Origin: an uncultured Methanomicrobiales archaeon | GTDB lineage: Archaea > Halobacteriota > Methanomicrobia > Methanomicrobiales > Methanospirillaceae | DNA length: 64,000 nt | Assembly: GCA_963758915.1 (NCBI GenBank) | Contig: CAVWXH010000016.1 | Span: 224,001-288,000 of the forward strand | Direction of reading: 5' to 3' | Position numbers and translations under genes: made by a program | Shown here: piece by piece, positions 1 to 10,055 of the stretch | How the letters are laid out: every line of letters begins with the position of its first letter | Numbering within the stretch: the stretch's first letter is position 1 | The notes under the pieces: generated by a model | Database searches by the model: none | Seen by the model: the letters and a program-made list of their open reading frames with translations, nothing else | Told to the model about the DNA's origin: nothing

Positions 1-231
1 GTGGAATCGCACCTTCACGAGGGGAGTGATTTACCCCCTGTGGACCTCATTATCCGCACTGGAAATGAATGCAGGACTTCTAATTTCCTCCCGTGGCTCG
101 CAAACGGGCATGAAAGTGCCGTATATTTCTCAGCTCCTTACTGGCCTATGTTCCGGAAAATAGACCTGCTCCGCGCGATAAGAGTATATTCACAACGGAA
201 AGCAGCCGGAATTACTGCCCAAAACGCCTGA
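1..231 (+). CDS. uppS: cis-prenyltransferase (UppS family), C-terminal part, truncated by window edge
   Basis: [19 protein letters not shown] and [14 protein letters not shown] are UppS C-terminal motifs; no terminal RxG. Confidence 0.9.
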   Translation: MESHLHEGSDLPPVDLIIRTGNECRTSNFLPWLANGHESAVYFSAPYWPMFRKIDLLRAIRVYSQRKAAGITAQNA

Positions 232-886
232 CCCGGGACTGGTAATCACGGAGAGCCCGGAGAACGTCCACTTTCCGGATATATTTCCAGTTGGTATCTG
301 AGAAAAAAAGTTCAGAATACACCGATTGCCATATCAGGAAATCGGTCAGGTGGTCGTCTCCGGTTTTTATCACAAAATCCGGGGTATACTTGAATGTCAG
401 GTATGATTCGAGAAGCTTTTCGTTGACCTGATCAGGCCGGACATGACAGTCAGCCATTGATTTGATACATTCCGTGATCTCTTCTCTGCCACTCTTTCCG
501 ATAGCCACGGTAACGGAAAGTCCGGATCCACGTTCTTCAGTCTGTTCCCTGTAATGGATGACCAGGTGGGCAATACTTCCGATTTTTCTGATTACCGGCA
601 GGTATTTTTCAATGGACGAATTTTCTTTTGTACTGATATGAAATGTCAGGCCCTTTATGGTACTACCATTCCTGGCAGATTTTTCAGTTCCCCTGCTACT
701 CTCAGTAATTGCGGGATCAGCTGTTCTGGCAGCAACACCTTCGGAAATATCAATACACCACCTTGTACATGCAAGGATCTTATCCGGGGCGTCCTGCATG
801 TCCTGTTCGGTGATCATTACGCAGATATGGGCCGGGAGGAGCGAGAGCTGACGTTCCAGGCACCGTTCATATATCCAGTAAATCAA
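212..886 (-). CDS. UppS-family protein lacking the N-terminal catalytic motif (likely Nus1/NgBR-like subunit)
   Basis: [23 protein letters not shown] and C-terminal RVRRFG present; IxDGNRR motif absent. Confidence 0.8.
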   Translation of the reverse strand: MIYWIYERCLERQLSLLPAHICVMITEQDMQDAPDKILACTRWCIDISEGVAARTADPAITESSRGTEKSARNGSTIKGLTFHISTKENSSIEKYLPVIRKIGSIAHLVIHYREQTEERGSGLSVTVAIGKSGREEITECIKSMADCHVRPDQVNEKLLESYLTFKYTPDFVIKTGDDHLTDFLIWQSVYSELFFSDTNWKYIRKVDVLRALRDYQSRVRRFGQ

Positions 887-1031
887 AACCCTGACCTCCG
901 GTTGTACTGATTTTTCTAATGCATCCGGCAGGGCAGGTAAAGCAGTTCATACGAGTGATCAAAGGACAATATCCATTATTCTCGCAATCATTAATTGATT
1001 GTTATTATTAGTCAGGTTTCCACCTGATCAT

Positions 1032-2735
1032 TTAAGAAGCCCAGTCATGGAGCTCCTTCAATGTAAGGCTGTTTACAATATCCCTGGCACTGCACCAGCC
1101 GCGTTGTGCGATGGTTATACCGTAACGCATGTGCGAAAATTCATTATCACGATGTGTATCAGTACCGATTGAAATACGGACGCCCTGTTCTTTCGAATGC
1201 CTGATATCCGTGTCATCAAGGTCGAGCCTCCAGGGTGAGGCATTACATTCGAGTGCAGTCCCGGTATCCCGGGCACGATCGATTACCCGGGACATATCTA
1301 TTTCGAATGCAGGCCTCTTACCCAGGAGCCTGCCGGTGGGATGGCCGATAATATCAACGTTTTCATTCTCTAACGCCATTATTATGCGGCGTGTCATTGT
1401 GTCACGGTCCTCTTTAAGCCCGGAATGAACCGAGGCAATAACGAGGTCAAGGTCTGAAAGTGCATGATTTGGGAGTCCCAGTGAGCCATTTGAGAGGATA
1501 TCAACTTCAATGCCATGCAGGAGTGTACAGGTCCCTGCCTTCCTGTTGATTCGTTCAATTTCATGGCCCTGTTGTTGTAGTTTTTCTTCATCGAGGCCAT
1601 GGGTGATGCCGAGGGTTGCAGAGTGATCAGAACAGAGGATATAGTCATACCCAAGCCCCTCACCTTTGGTCGCCAGCTCTTCCAGGGAAAGCGCCCCGTC
1701 ACTCCAGTCAGAATGGACATGGAGATCACCTCTGATGTCGGATGGTCCGACCAGGTGCGGCAACTGGTAATTTTTTGCAAGTTCGATCTCTCCAAGGTTT
1801 TCCCGTAGTTCAGGGATTATAAACTGGAGTCCCAGGAATGCAAACATATCTTTCTCAGAAGAGAATTCATGGAGTTTACCATCTATCCGGTCTTCTATGC
1901 CGTATTCGTTTACCTTCCGGCCTTTTTCAATGGCAATTTCCCGGAGACGTATATTGAATTCTTTAGACCCTGTCAGGTACATCAGCATGGAACCTAACTG
2001 TCGCTCATGGGTGAACCTGATATCAACCCGTTGCCCGAACACACGCACGGAAGTCTTTCGTTCACCTTCATCGATTACCTCGTCGGAACTATTTTTGAGT
2101 TTTGGATTGATAACGGATGGGGATTCAGTTGTGACAATATCGATATCACCTATCGTGCTCCTGCCCCGGCGATAACTGCCGGCAACAACCCATGTTCCTG
2201 GCGTAAGGGATCCTGCAAGCCTGTTGACAACTGCTTCTGCCGCTACCCTGTTCATCCGCCCGCCGGCTGAACGATACAGAGCAATAGACTTAAGAAATCC
2301 CTTTTCTTTTTTTTCACCAAATCCCTTCAGAGACCGTATTCGCCGGCCACGTGCGGCCTTCTCAAGGTCCCCGATACTCTGGATATTCATCTTTTTCCAG
2401 AGCACTGCAATGGTTTTTGGGCCCACTCCTTCCAGGTTAAGGAGTTCTACCAGTGATGGTGGTACCTTTGCCCTGAGTTCTTCGAGTTCACTGCAGGTTG
2501 CGGTATCAACGATCTCCCGGGCATTCTTTGCAATCGCCTGCCCTATCCCCGGGACCAGTTTGAGGTCCTCTTCACTCATTAGTGCTACAGGGTTGTTAAA
2601 TCGTTCAATCACGCCTGCAGCCCTTTCGAATGCCCGGATTTTATAGAAATTGTCACCGGTGATTTCCAGAAGCTGGCCGATTAATAATAATTTTGCTGCT
2701 ATCTCCCTGTTTGAGACATCCATTACTGTGGCCAC
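1032..2735 (-). CDS. polX: DNA polymerase X family / PHP domain protein
   Basis: HhH repeats (VPGIG, EGVGPK, KGFGEK), AGSYRRG..GDID, TGSKEFN, PHP motifs DLHVHS, GHPTGR, GTDTH. Confidence 0.93.
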   Translation of the reverse strand: MATVMDVSNREIAAKLLLIGQLLEITGDNFYKIRAFERAAGVIERFNNPVALMSEEDLKLVPGIGQAIAKNAREIVDTATCSELEELRAKVPPSLVELLNLEGVGPKTIAVLWKKMNIQSIGDLEKAARGRRIRSLKGFGEKKEKGFLKSIALYRSAGGRMNRVAAEAVVNRLAGSLTPGTWVVAGSYRRGRSTIGDIDIVTTESPSVINPKLKNSSDEVIDEGERKTSVRVFGQRVDIRFTHERQLGSMLMYLTGSKEFNIRLREIAIEKGRKVNEYGIEDRIDGKLHEFSSEKDMFAFLGLQFIIPELRENLGEIELAKNYQLPHLVGPSDIRGDLHVHSDWSDGALSLEELATKGEGLGYDYILCSDHSATLGITHGLDEEKLQQQGHEIERINRKAGTCTLLHGIEVDILSNGSLGLPNHALSDLDLVIASVHSGLKEDRDTMTRRIIMALENENVDIIGHPTGRLLGKRPAFEIDMSRVIDRARDTGTALECNASPWRLDLDDTDIRHSKEQGVRISIGTDTHRDNEFSHMRYGITIAQRGWCSARDIVNSLTLKELHDWAS

Positions 2736-2925
2736 GCTCCTGAATAGTTCCTTTGGGTACGTACTGCAATGATGAACAGGTAAATTAGTTTCTTTTTATC
2801 TGTCTGGAATTGGGGTCCCCCAAAAAAATTCCATTCATCAGGAAGTATGGGGAAAAACAGAATGCAGAGCGTCGCAACAGCTGCGAGCTCCCTTACCCCG
2901 ATAGGTTATTGTACCATACTATTGT

Positions 2926-3246
2926 TCAGGGGTTCTTTTTCTCCAGTATCTTAACCGGTATTGGCATAATGCCAGGTCGCGTATCGGTCATCCAGGAAGT
3001 GTACGAAAGTACATGGACATAGTATTCGAGATACCCACGGATGAAGTCAGAGAGGCCTTCACTGCGACGGCCGAGAACGAGGATCACAAACCACTGGATA
3101 ATCATGATAATCCCGGCAATGAACCCGTACACCATCAGGACGATTGCTATTGCAATACTGTAAAATATACGGACTAGGAGTTCCAACCTTCTGGCGTTAC
3201 GCTCATAGGTGAAGAGCTGGGACATATTTTCTTCTGGATCAGACAT
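2926..3246 (-). CDS. DUF4389-like small membrane protein
   Basis: ARRLELLVR..IQWFVILVLGRR..GYLEY...TDTRP pattern; two hydrophobic segments. Confidence 0.7.
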   Translation of the reverse strand: MSDPEENMSQLFTYERNARRLELLVRIFYSIAIAIVLMVYGFIAGIIMIIQWFVILVLGRRSEGLSDFIRGYLEYYVHVLSYTSWMTDTRPGIMPIPVKILEKKNP

Positions 3247-3332
3247 ATAAACTCACCTTAATTTGGCCGGACAGGATGAATACTCTGTTTCTGCCGGTCT
3301 TGTATAACTGTCAACCTTTTACCTAAAATAAT

Positions 3333-3685
3333 CGCTCTGTAGAAACACACATGAATAGGAAGTTCACACCCGGGCTTTGAAAATACCTCGTTCAAAATTT
3401 CTATATATTGGGGTCCGTTTTGATATTTTCATAGGAAATCCTCTCAAATCTATCTTGCAGACTGGTAATTCGAAAATTCGTCACGCTCCCGGGGCTCATG
3501 GCCCGCCTCTTTGGCGATCCCGTTAGGGATAGAGACTATCCCTCAATACTCTGAATTTGATGAACCTTCTGGAAACCCTGCACGAAGAATATCTTAATCG
3601 GGATGGGGCAGGAAGAGGGTGAAACCCCCCCTGTCTTCGTATTTCCCTCTTATTTTTTACGACGCCGAAGGGTTTCAACGAAGCC
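3333..3685. mobile_element. MITE-like element, copy 1 (IS5 family IS903-like terminal inverted repeats)
   Basis: Left end (c)GCTCTGTAGAAA 3333-3345, right end TTTCAACGAAGCC 3673-3685; interior shared with 4476-4598 and 47855-48068; no transposase ORF. Confidence 0.7.
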
Positions 3686-3809
3686 TGAATAATGTTATTT
3701 ACCTGAAATGTTCGCGAATAAAAAAAATATTTGATTTCCCTTTGAGGCACATGTTTTTAAACCATTAAAACGAATCTATTGAGTCAGATCCTTGTCTGAT
3801 AACGCCTGT

Positions 3810-3881
3810 GTCCCGGTAGGGTAGTGGATATCCTAGAAGCCTGCGGAGCTTTTGACCCGGGTTCAAATCCCGGCCGGGGCG
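3810..3881 (+). tRNA. tRNA-Arg(GCG)
   Basis: Acceptor stem GTCCCGG/CCGGGGC; anticodon arm GAAGC-CTGCGGA-GCTTT; T-loop GGTTCAAATCC; no encoded CCA. Confidence 0.96.
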
Positions 3882-4166
3882 CTATTATCTTCAGGTTAAA
3901 TCTCTTTTATTCGATTATTTATTTGCGCCTCAATATTGAGATCACCTTAACTTTCCGTATTGAGACATTTTAAATAAGCCACCTGATTAGCCGGAGTGAA
4001 ATATTAACCGTGGACAAACAGAAAATACCTGTCCTGGTTCAGGTCAGATAAACCGTTTTCACGGGATACAAGATTATTTAATATTTCAGCATAAAAGTTG
4101 AAATTTAAGTAAGGTGGCAATTTATGAAAAAGAATACATCGAAAATTACTAAGCTATAGACGAGTT

Positions 4167-4430
4167 GTGACAGTTATTGCAATTCTCATCGCTTTGATCT
4201 TTATGGCTGCGCCGGTTTCGGCATCTGCGTGTCATCCGGGCTTCGTTGTCATATACCCCTCAAGTTCATTCGAGTTTGCACAGCCTTCCTTTTCAGGTAT
4301 CGTTATCCAAAGTCCGACTTTGAATCAGGGGAGTGCAATCCAGTTTTCGCGACCCACGTTTTCCAGCAGTGCACCGGGTTTTCTCATCAAAGGCAAGGCA
4401 TATACCCCCGCGAACCCGTTTGGATGGTAA
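4167..4430 (+). CDS. small putative secreted protein, start uncertain
   Basis: Signal-peptide-like N-terminus (IAILIALIFMAAPVSA); upstream ATG at 4124 is out of frame. Confidence 0.45.
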   Translation: MTVIAILIALIFMAAPVSASACHPGFVVIYPSSSFEFAQPSFSGIVIQSPTLNQGSAIQFSRPTFSSSAPGFLIKGKAYTPANPFGW

Positions 4431-4475
4431 TCCCTCTCCTTTTTTGCTCTTCGCTATTTATGAGTGGGTAACATT

Positions 4476-4598
4476 GAGCCTTTGGATAACCCTGCCCGAA
4501 GAATATCTTAATGGGATGGGGCAGGGAAGGGTAAAATCCCCTCATGTCTTCGTATTTCCCTCTTATTTTTTATGACACTGAAGGGCTTCAACAAAGCC
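4476..4598. mobile_element. MITE-like element, copy 2 (right-hand modules only)
   Basis: Closely matches 3563-3685 and ends in TTCAACAAAGCC. Confidence 0.7.
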
Positions 4599-4639
4599 AA
4601 GATTCCTTCACTATTTTCATTAAAAGTCCGGAATTATAA

Positions 4640-4840
4640 TCAGTCTTCTGGTTCAAAACCTCGCGTAAACCCACGTTTATAATCATCTTCGTGGTTCGGT
4701 AACCATGCCGCAGCCTTCAGGTAACCCCTGTCCCCGGCCATTTTTATGATTTTCTGGAAATCCAGGGTGTAATGTACTTCCCTGTTGAGGGGGACGAGCT
4801 CATCATAGACCTTCCGGGGGACCTTGACCTTCTCAATCAT
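4640..4840 (-). CDS. small hypothetical protein (DUF5049-like)
   Basis: MIEKVKVPRKVYDEL...GYLKAAAWL..HEDDYKRG; ATG at 4840 chosen; family resemblance recalled from memory. Confidence 0.55.
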   Translation of the reverse strand: MIEKVKVPRKVYDELVPLNREVHYTLDFQKIIKMAGDRGYLKAAAWLPNHEDDYKRGFTRGFEPED

Positions 4841-5008
4841 AGCTGATTCAGATATTTTACTATAATAGTTTAAGATCTTATGGTTCCGTTGAAAGAAAAT
4901 TTCCTGCAAACACAAATAAACTGCAGTTCTGATATGGAACTACATAGACATCTGGCTGAATTATGTGGAAACCTATAAGTAACTCTCTGGTTGATACATC
5001 AATCACCA

Positions 5009-5209
5009 ATGGTCGTTATGGACAGCAGAGGGTGGATATTTTATTCCCTTATATCATTTGTAGCCTTGCTCTGGGCGGGATTTATCTACCAGCAGGGGAT
5101 AATGCTGTGGGTCAGTTTTTTTATCACCCTGACAGTGCTCGGCGTTTCTGCAATCCTCCTTGTATTTCTAATCATGGAGACCCGGGAAAAAGAAAAAGAC
5201 TCCTCGTAG
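5009..5209 (+). CDS. small two-TM membrane protein, paralog of 50161-50415
   Basis: WIFYSLISFVALLWAG..QQGIMLWV matches WVFFYLICFVALLWAV..TQGMMLWV. Confidence 0.65.
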   Translation: MVVMDSRGWIFYSLISFVALLWAGFIYQQGIMLWVSFFITLTVLGVSAILLVFLIMETREKEKDSS

Positions 5210-5391
5210 GTCTTTTCTGGTAAGATCCGTTATGGTCTTAAACTATCAAATCCTGGCCGTGCCACCTTACCGAATATCAAACGAGAATTGAGGTTTAATT
5301 GCAATATAAAGGCTACCTTTCTAAAATTCCTGATTCCTGTAACGGTAAAAGAGAAGAGTATTTATGTTCCATAGTGGAGTAAAATAATCTT

Positions 5392-5637
5392 ATGAGGGTA
5401 AGATCAGGGGAAGTATTCTATATGGCTATCCTGATGATCATTCTCTTATTCGGAATGTTTGTCCTCGTTGCTCTTGCCATGATGATTTCGGCGGACCAGA
5501 GTATGATCGCCGAACGCAAAGGAGCTATTTTCCAGTTGGTTGACCAGCTTACACAGTCACTGCAACCTCTAATAGTTGCTCTTGCCCAGATGACAGAATT
5601 CTTTATTGATCAGTTCTGGCAACTCATCCCCAGTTAG
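5392..5637 (+). CDS. small hypothetical membrane protein
   Basis: One N-terminal TM helix; followed by a T-tract. Confidence 0.45.
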   Translation: MRVRSGEVFYMAILMIILLFGMFVLVALAMMISADQSMIAERKGAIFQLVDQLTQSLQPLIVALAQMTEFFIDQFWQLIPS

Positions 5638-5950
5638 TCCTTTTTTTAATGGTATCTAAAATTACAGCTGTGTACCCGGTCAGAAGTGAATATCTGCTGA
5701 TCCTATCGAGAGAAGATAAAACGGATATATAAACCTGATTATTCCATACTCCGCGTATTGAACGGTATATTCCGGAACTGCCATGTCCGGTTACGAGAAT
5801 GCTGGTTTTTCGTTTTGAACAATTAAGGATAAGAGCCGATTGCAATAACATTAACCCGGCATTGCCGCTTAATACTGATTTCCTGGCTATGGAATGAAGG
5901 AATAGTGGAAAATAAGGTCATCAGACCTGATTAGGATCAAACTAATACTA

Positions 5951-6583
5951 TTACCTGGTTTGTTTGTGGTGCCTGATAAGTGATTTGAATTCCCGGGTGG
6001 CCTTGGCAATATCATCAGAACATAGGATAGCCGAAACCAGGGCGACTCCATCGGCCCCTGATACCAGTACTTCCCTGATATTTTCTTTATGAATGCCCCC
6101 TATGCCTATTACCGGGATTGAAATATGTTGCTTAATCGCGGTAATGAGGGTAGTCCCATGTCCCGGGCCTGCATCCGGCTTTGTTCTGGTTCCAAACACC
6201 GGGCTGACTGCTACATAAGCCGCCCCGCCTGCTTCAGCATTCACTGCCTCCGCAACTGATCCCACGGATATACCGATTATAAAATCACCAGGAGCCAATT
6301 TTCTTGCTTCGTTTAATGGCAGGTCATCCTGCCCCAGATGCACTCCGTCCGCACCGGATGCAATGGCAATATCGATCCGGTCATTGACGATGAACAATGT
6401 GCCGGCTCTGCTGGTAATGTCCCTGATTTCGCAAGCTGTAATGAACAGGCTGCGTCCAGTCATATCCTTATCGCGGAGCTGGATAACATCCGCACCTCCG
6501 GATATGGCTTCTTGTGCAATGTGTTTATGAGTCAGTCTTTTTCGGAGTTTTTCATCAGTAACCACATACAGGTCGTATGGCAT
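5951..6583 (-). CDS. thiE: thiamine-phosphate synthase
   Basis: LYVVTD, IQLRDK, IVNDRIDIA, GVHLGQDD, SPVFGTRTK; start at MPYDLY just after thiM. Confidence 0.95.
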   Translation of the reverse strand: MPYDLYVVTDEKLRKRLTHKHIAQEAISGGADVIQLRDKDMTGRSLFITACEIRDITSRAGTLFIVNDRIDIAIASGADGVHLGQDDLPLNEARKLAPGDFIIGISVGSVAEAVNAEAGGAAYVAVSPVFGTRTKPDAGPGHGTTLITAIKQHISIPVIGIGGIHKENIREVLVSGADGVALVSAILCSDDIAKATREFKSLIRHHKQTR

Positions 6584-6585
6584 CT

Positions 6586-7386
6586 TCAGAGCATCCTGAT
6601 TTTTGCATCGCGTGCGAGTTCCGCCGGGGTTAGCAGCGACAGGTGATCGAATACTGCAGTTTTGAAAGATCCCGGGCCGGAAGTGGTTGCCGCCGCCCTT
6701 TCGCCTGCAATTCCGAATGCCGCAAGTGATGCTGCGGACGCTTCTGCCATGTCCCGTTGAACTGCGGCGAATGAAGCGATGATGGAAGTTGCCATGCAAC
6801 CGGTCCCTGATATTCTGCCCATCATGGGATGCCCGTTCTCAACGGCGATGAGTTGACTGCCGTCACTTACAATGTCAGTAGCGCCACTTACTACGATGGT
6901 AATCCCGGTCTCAAGGGCAAAATCATGTGCAATACGGGGGAGGTCCCCTTTTACATCCCCGGAATCCACCCCCCTGACCCTTGCATCAGCACCAGCAAGT
7001 GTTCCTATCTCTCCTGCATTCCCTTTGATAACCGATATCTGTAAATCGGTAATCAGGCGTGACATGAAATCTGTCCTGTAACGGGTTGCCCCGGCACCTA
7101 CAGGGTCGACAATTATTGGAATACCAAGGTCATTTGCTGCACGACCTGCAAGGAGCATGGATTTCTCCTGGTAAGAGTCCAGTGTCCCGATATTCAGCAC
7201 AAGGGCACCTGCATGGCGAACCATCTCTTCGACTTCCTCCCATGCATGAGACATAACCGGGGATGCACCAATACAGAGGGTAATGTTCGCACAGTCATTT
7301 ACGGTTACATAATTCGTTATGTGATGAACCAGGGGTTTTTTCTGGCGTATTGATTCGAGCATGGCTGAATATTTCATGGGGCTCAC
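6586..7386 (-). CDS. thiM: hydroxyethylthiazole kinase
   Basis: [39 protein letters not shown]. Confidence 0.96.
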   Translation of the reverse strand: MSPMKYSAMLESIRQKKPLVHHITNYVTVNDCANITLCIGASPVMSHAWEEVEEMVRHAGALVLNIGTLDSYQEKSMLLAGRAANDLGIPIIVDPVGAGATRYRTDFMSRLITDLQISVIKGNAGEIGTLAGADARVRGVDSGDVKGDLPRIAHDFALETGITIVVSGATDIVSDGSQLIAVENGHPMMGRISGTGCMATSIIASFAAVQRDMAEASAASLAAFGIAGERAAATTSGPGSFKTAVFDHLSLLTPAELARDAKIRML

Positions 7387-7490
7387 GATTCAACTCCGGC
7401 AATAATATGATTAAAACCTGTCAGTTATTCACTTATTCCGGGTTAGTATTGAATATTCTGCATAAACCCAACAATTAGAAAAAAACAGTA

Positions 7491-7565
<75 letters not shown>

Positions 7566-7657
7566 GCTTTACAAGAAGTTGCTTTAACTAGTTTCTATTA
7601 CACGTAAAAATAGGTTGTGGAACGGGTAGGGGGTAAGGGAGAAAATCTGATATATAA

Positions 7658-8524
7658 TCAGTAGATTGGTGTCCCTTCAGTCTCTGTTATCCTCTTGAAC
7701 GCGGCCATAAATTGCCTTGTCACAGGCCCCGGCTTCCCTGTCCCTATACTCCTTCCGTCGATTATTGTTATAGGTGCAACTTCGGCAGCTGTCCCGGTAA
7801 CAAACACTTCATCAGCCGTATAGAGATCGAAATATCCCATGTTTTGTTCTTTCACGGTGACTCCCATGGATTGGGCAATCTCAAGGACCACGTCACGGGT
7901 TATACCCCGGAGGTTATTGAGGGTGGGCGGGGTAATAATAACCCCGTTTTTCACTGCAAAGATATTATCTCCTGACCCTTCAGAAAGGTAGCCATTTGTA
8001 TCAAAAATGATCGCCTCGTCTCCCCCCTTGTAGTTTGCCTCAATTTTTGCGAGAATATTATTCAGGTAATTAAGACTCTTCACGTTTGGCGGGAGTGCAG
8101 CGGCAGCATTTCTCCTGACAGAAACGGATACCCCGACAAGGCCTTTTTCATAGAGATCACCATACATGGCCCCCCATTCTATGGCGATACAGATGACGGT
8201 TGCTTTTGCGCATTTACGCGGGTCGAGGCCGAGATCCCCCACACCCCTTGTGACAATCGGACGTATATACCCGTTTTTCAGGTTATTCTTCCTTAGTGTC
8301 TCAATAATGACCTTTGCCATCTCTTCCCTTGATATCGGGACGGCAAGATCGATTGTCTTTGCCGAATCAAAAAGCCGGTCAACATGCTCCATGAGCCGGA
8401 ATACTCTTCCGTTGTATGCACGGATCCCTTCAAAAGCCCCGTCCCCGTACAGGAGCCCGTGGTCAAATACAGATATCTTTGCCTGTTCCCGCGGCAAAAA
8501 CTGGCCATCGATATAGATCAGCAT
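7658..8524 (-). CDS. ilvE: branched-chain amino acid aminotransferase
   Basis: [45 protein letters not shown]. Confidence 0.95.
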   Translation of the reverse strand: MLIYIDGQFLPREQAKISVFDHGLLYGDGAFEGIRAYNGRVFRLMEHVDRLFDSAKTIDLAVPISREEMAKVIIETLRKNNLKNGYIRPIVTRGVGDLGLDPRKCAKATVICIAIEWGAMYGDLYEKGLVGVSVSVRRNAAAALPPNVKSLNYLNNILAKIEANYKGGDEAIIFDTNGYLSEGSGDNIFAVKNGVIITPPTLNNLRGITRDVVLEIAQSMGVTVKEQNMGYFDLYTADEVFVTGTAAEVAPITIIDGRSIGTGKPGPVTRQFMAAFKRITETEGTPIY

Positions 8525-8677
8525 ATCTTAAGATTGTACATTCCCTAGTATTTTTTACCTCTCAATTGATGTGCACTAGTTACGGTTGTACTAACCCCGT
8601 GAGGAAGGGAATTTGCGAATTACGATAGCTAATAAAATATTGCAGAAAATGGGATGTTAAGGCAATTCTGATTTGTT

Positions 8678-10055
8678 TCACGTACGGGTCCTGCACCTTC
8701 CAACGAAATGCCTGAACATTGCGATTCCCGGCACCGGGTGCAGGTGTGTGTAACTACCCAGGGTCTGTCCAGTCACAGCACCGTCATACATTCCGTCAAT
8801 CCCGGTCCCACGGGTGAGCCTGTATGCGTAATTGGTTTCAGGTGCCAGGCAGACATCGGAGTAATGAAACTCATGGCCTCTGAAACTCCCTGCCCCGAGC
8901 GGGCAGTCTGCCCTGCTCTCCCCCTCTACGTAACTGACTACACGGCGCGCGGGCATCCGCGTTTCACCCGTAAAAACACCTGCCATTTCATATACCCGTT
9001 CTTGTTTATGGCCCTGCCATCCTTCCATCAGGCGTATCCGTTCTGTCAGGTACATCAGCCCGCCGCACTCCGCATAGATCGGCACGCCGTTCCCTGATTG
9101 TTCACGGATCGCCTCCCGCATCCGGGTGTTTGATTCAAGCCCGGGGAGAAATAATTCGGGGTAGCCCCCTCCGATTATATAGCCCTCTGCATCGGGTAAC
9201 CGATCCCTGACAGGGCTGAATGGTATCACATCGGCCCCAAGTGCCGGCAGGACATCAAACAGGTCAGAATAATAAAAATTGAACGCTTCGTCACGGGCAA
9301 CAGCGATCCTGGTATCTGTTTCATGTTCTTTTGGAAAGAGTGGCGCCCCTTTCGGCACATCCGGGATATCAGCTGCAATGCTGGTGAACGCATCGAGTGA
9401 TACATGCTCTCCAATCAGTCCGGTTACCCTGGCTATTCTCTTTTCAAATTCACTGCTGCCCTGCCGTTCTATGAAGGGCACCAGGCCGAGATGCCGCATG
9501 GTAAGTTCCATCTCTTCCATACGTGGAATTGCACCAATAACCGGGACATTGCAATAATGCTCAATTGCAGAGGTTGCCTTATCCGAATGTTTTACGCCCA
9601 TGACATTGTTGAGAATCACTCCCTTAATCTGTATATCAGGAGAAAATGCCTGGAAACCCTTAACGACGGCTGCAGCGCTCCTGGTAATGCTCCGGGCACT
9701 GATTACGAGCACAACAGGCAGGTCAAGGGCACGTGCGATCGCTTCAGTACTTCCAACATCTGTAAGTGCCTCAGCGCCTTCGAACAAGCCCCGCACTCCT
9801 TCCACCAGGGCAAAATCAGCACCCTGGCAGCCATGGGTGAATACCCGTGATATCTCTGAAGGGGACATGACAAAACTGTCAAGGTTCCGGCATGGCCGTC
9901 CTGTGACGCCCGTGAGATACGATGGATCGATGTAGTCCATCCCCGCCTTGAAGGTCTGTACCTGTCATCCTGCGGGAAAGAAGCGATGAAAGTGCAAGAG
10001 AAATACTAGTCTTTCCACAACCTGACCTGTCACCTGATATCAGGACAGCTTTCAT
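8678..10055 (-). CDS. cfbB: Ni-sirohydrochlorin a,c-diamide synthase; one extra base near 9962 splits the frame
   Basis: N-terminus MKAVLISGDRSGCGKT from ATG 10055 joins VQTFKAGMDYIDP if one G is removed; EGVRGLFEG, RHLGL, AECGGLMYL, GHEFHYS; lies in the cfb cluster. Confidence 0.9.

Noticed and set aside
3810-3881. Provirus or integrative element at tRNA-Arg or tRNA-Glu
   Set aside because: No integrase and no duplicated tRNA 3' end were found in the window.
3333-4598. CRISPR array
   Set aside because: The repeats are long, dispersed and degenerate, with no regular repeat-spacer period and no cas genes.
6584-6799. N-terminal extension of ThiE in the ORF track (similar extensions for cfbD, the helicase and the radical SAM gene)
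   Set aside because: The extensions overlap neighbouring genes or intergenic DNA; family homology starts at downstream ATGs.
7387-7490. TPP riboswitch upstream of thiM
   Set aside because: The gap to tRNA-Glu is short and AT-rich and lacks the CUGAGA core motif.
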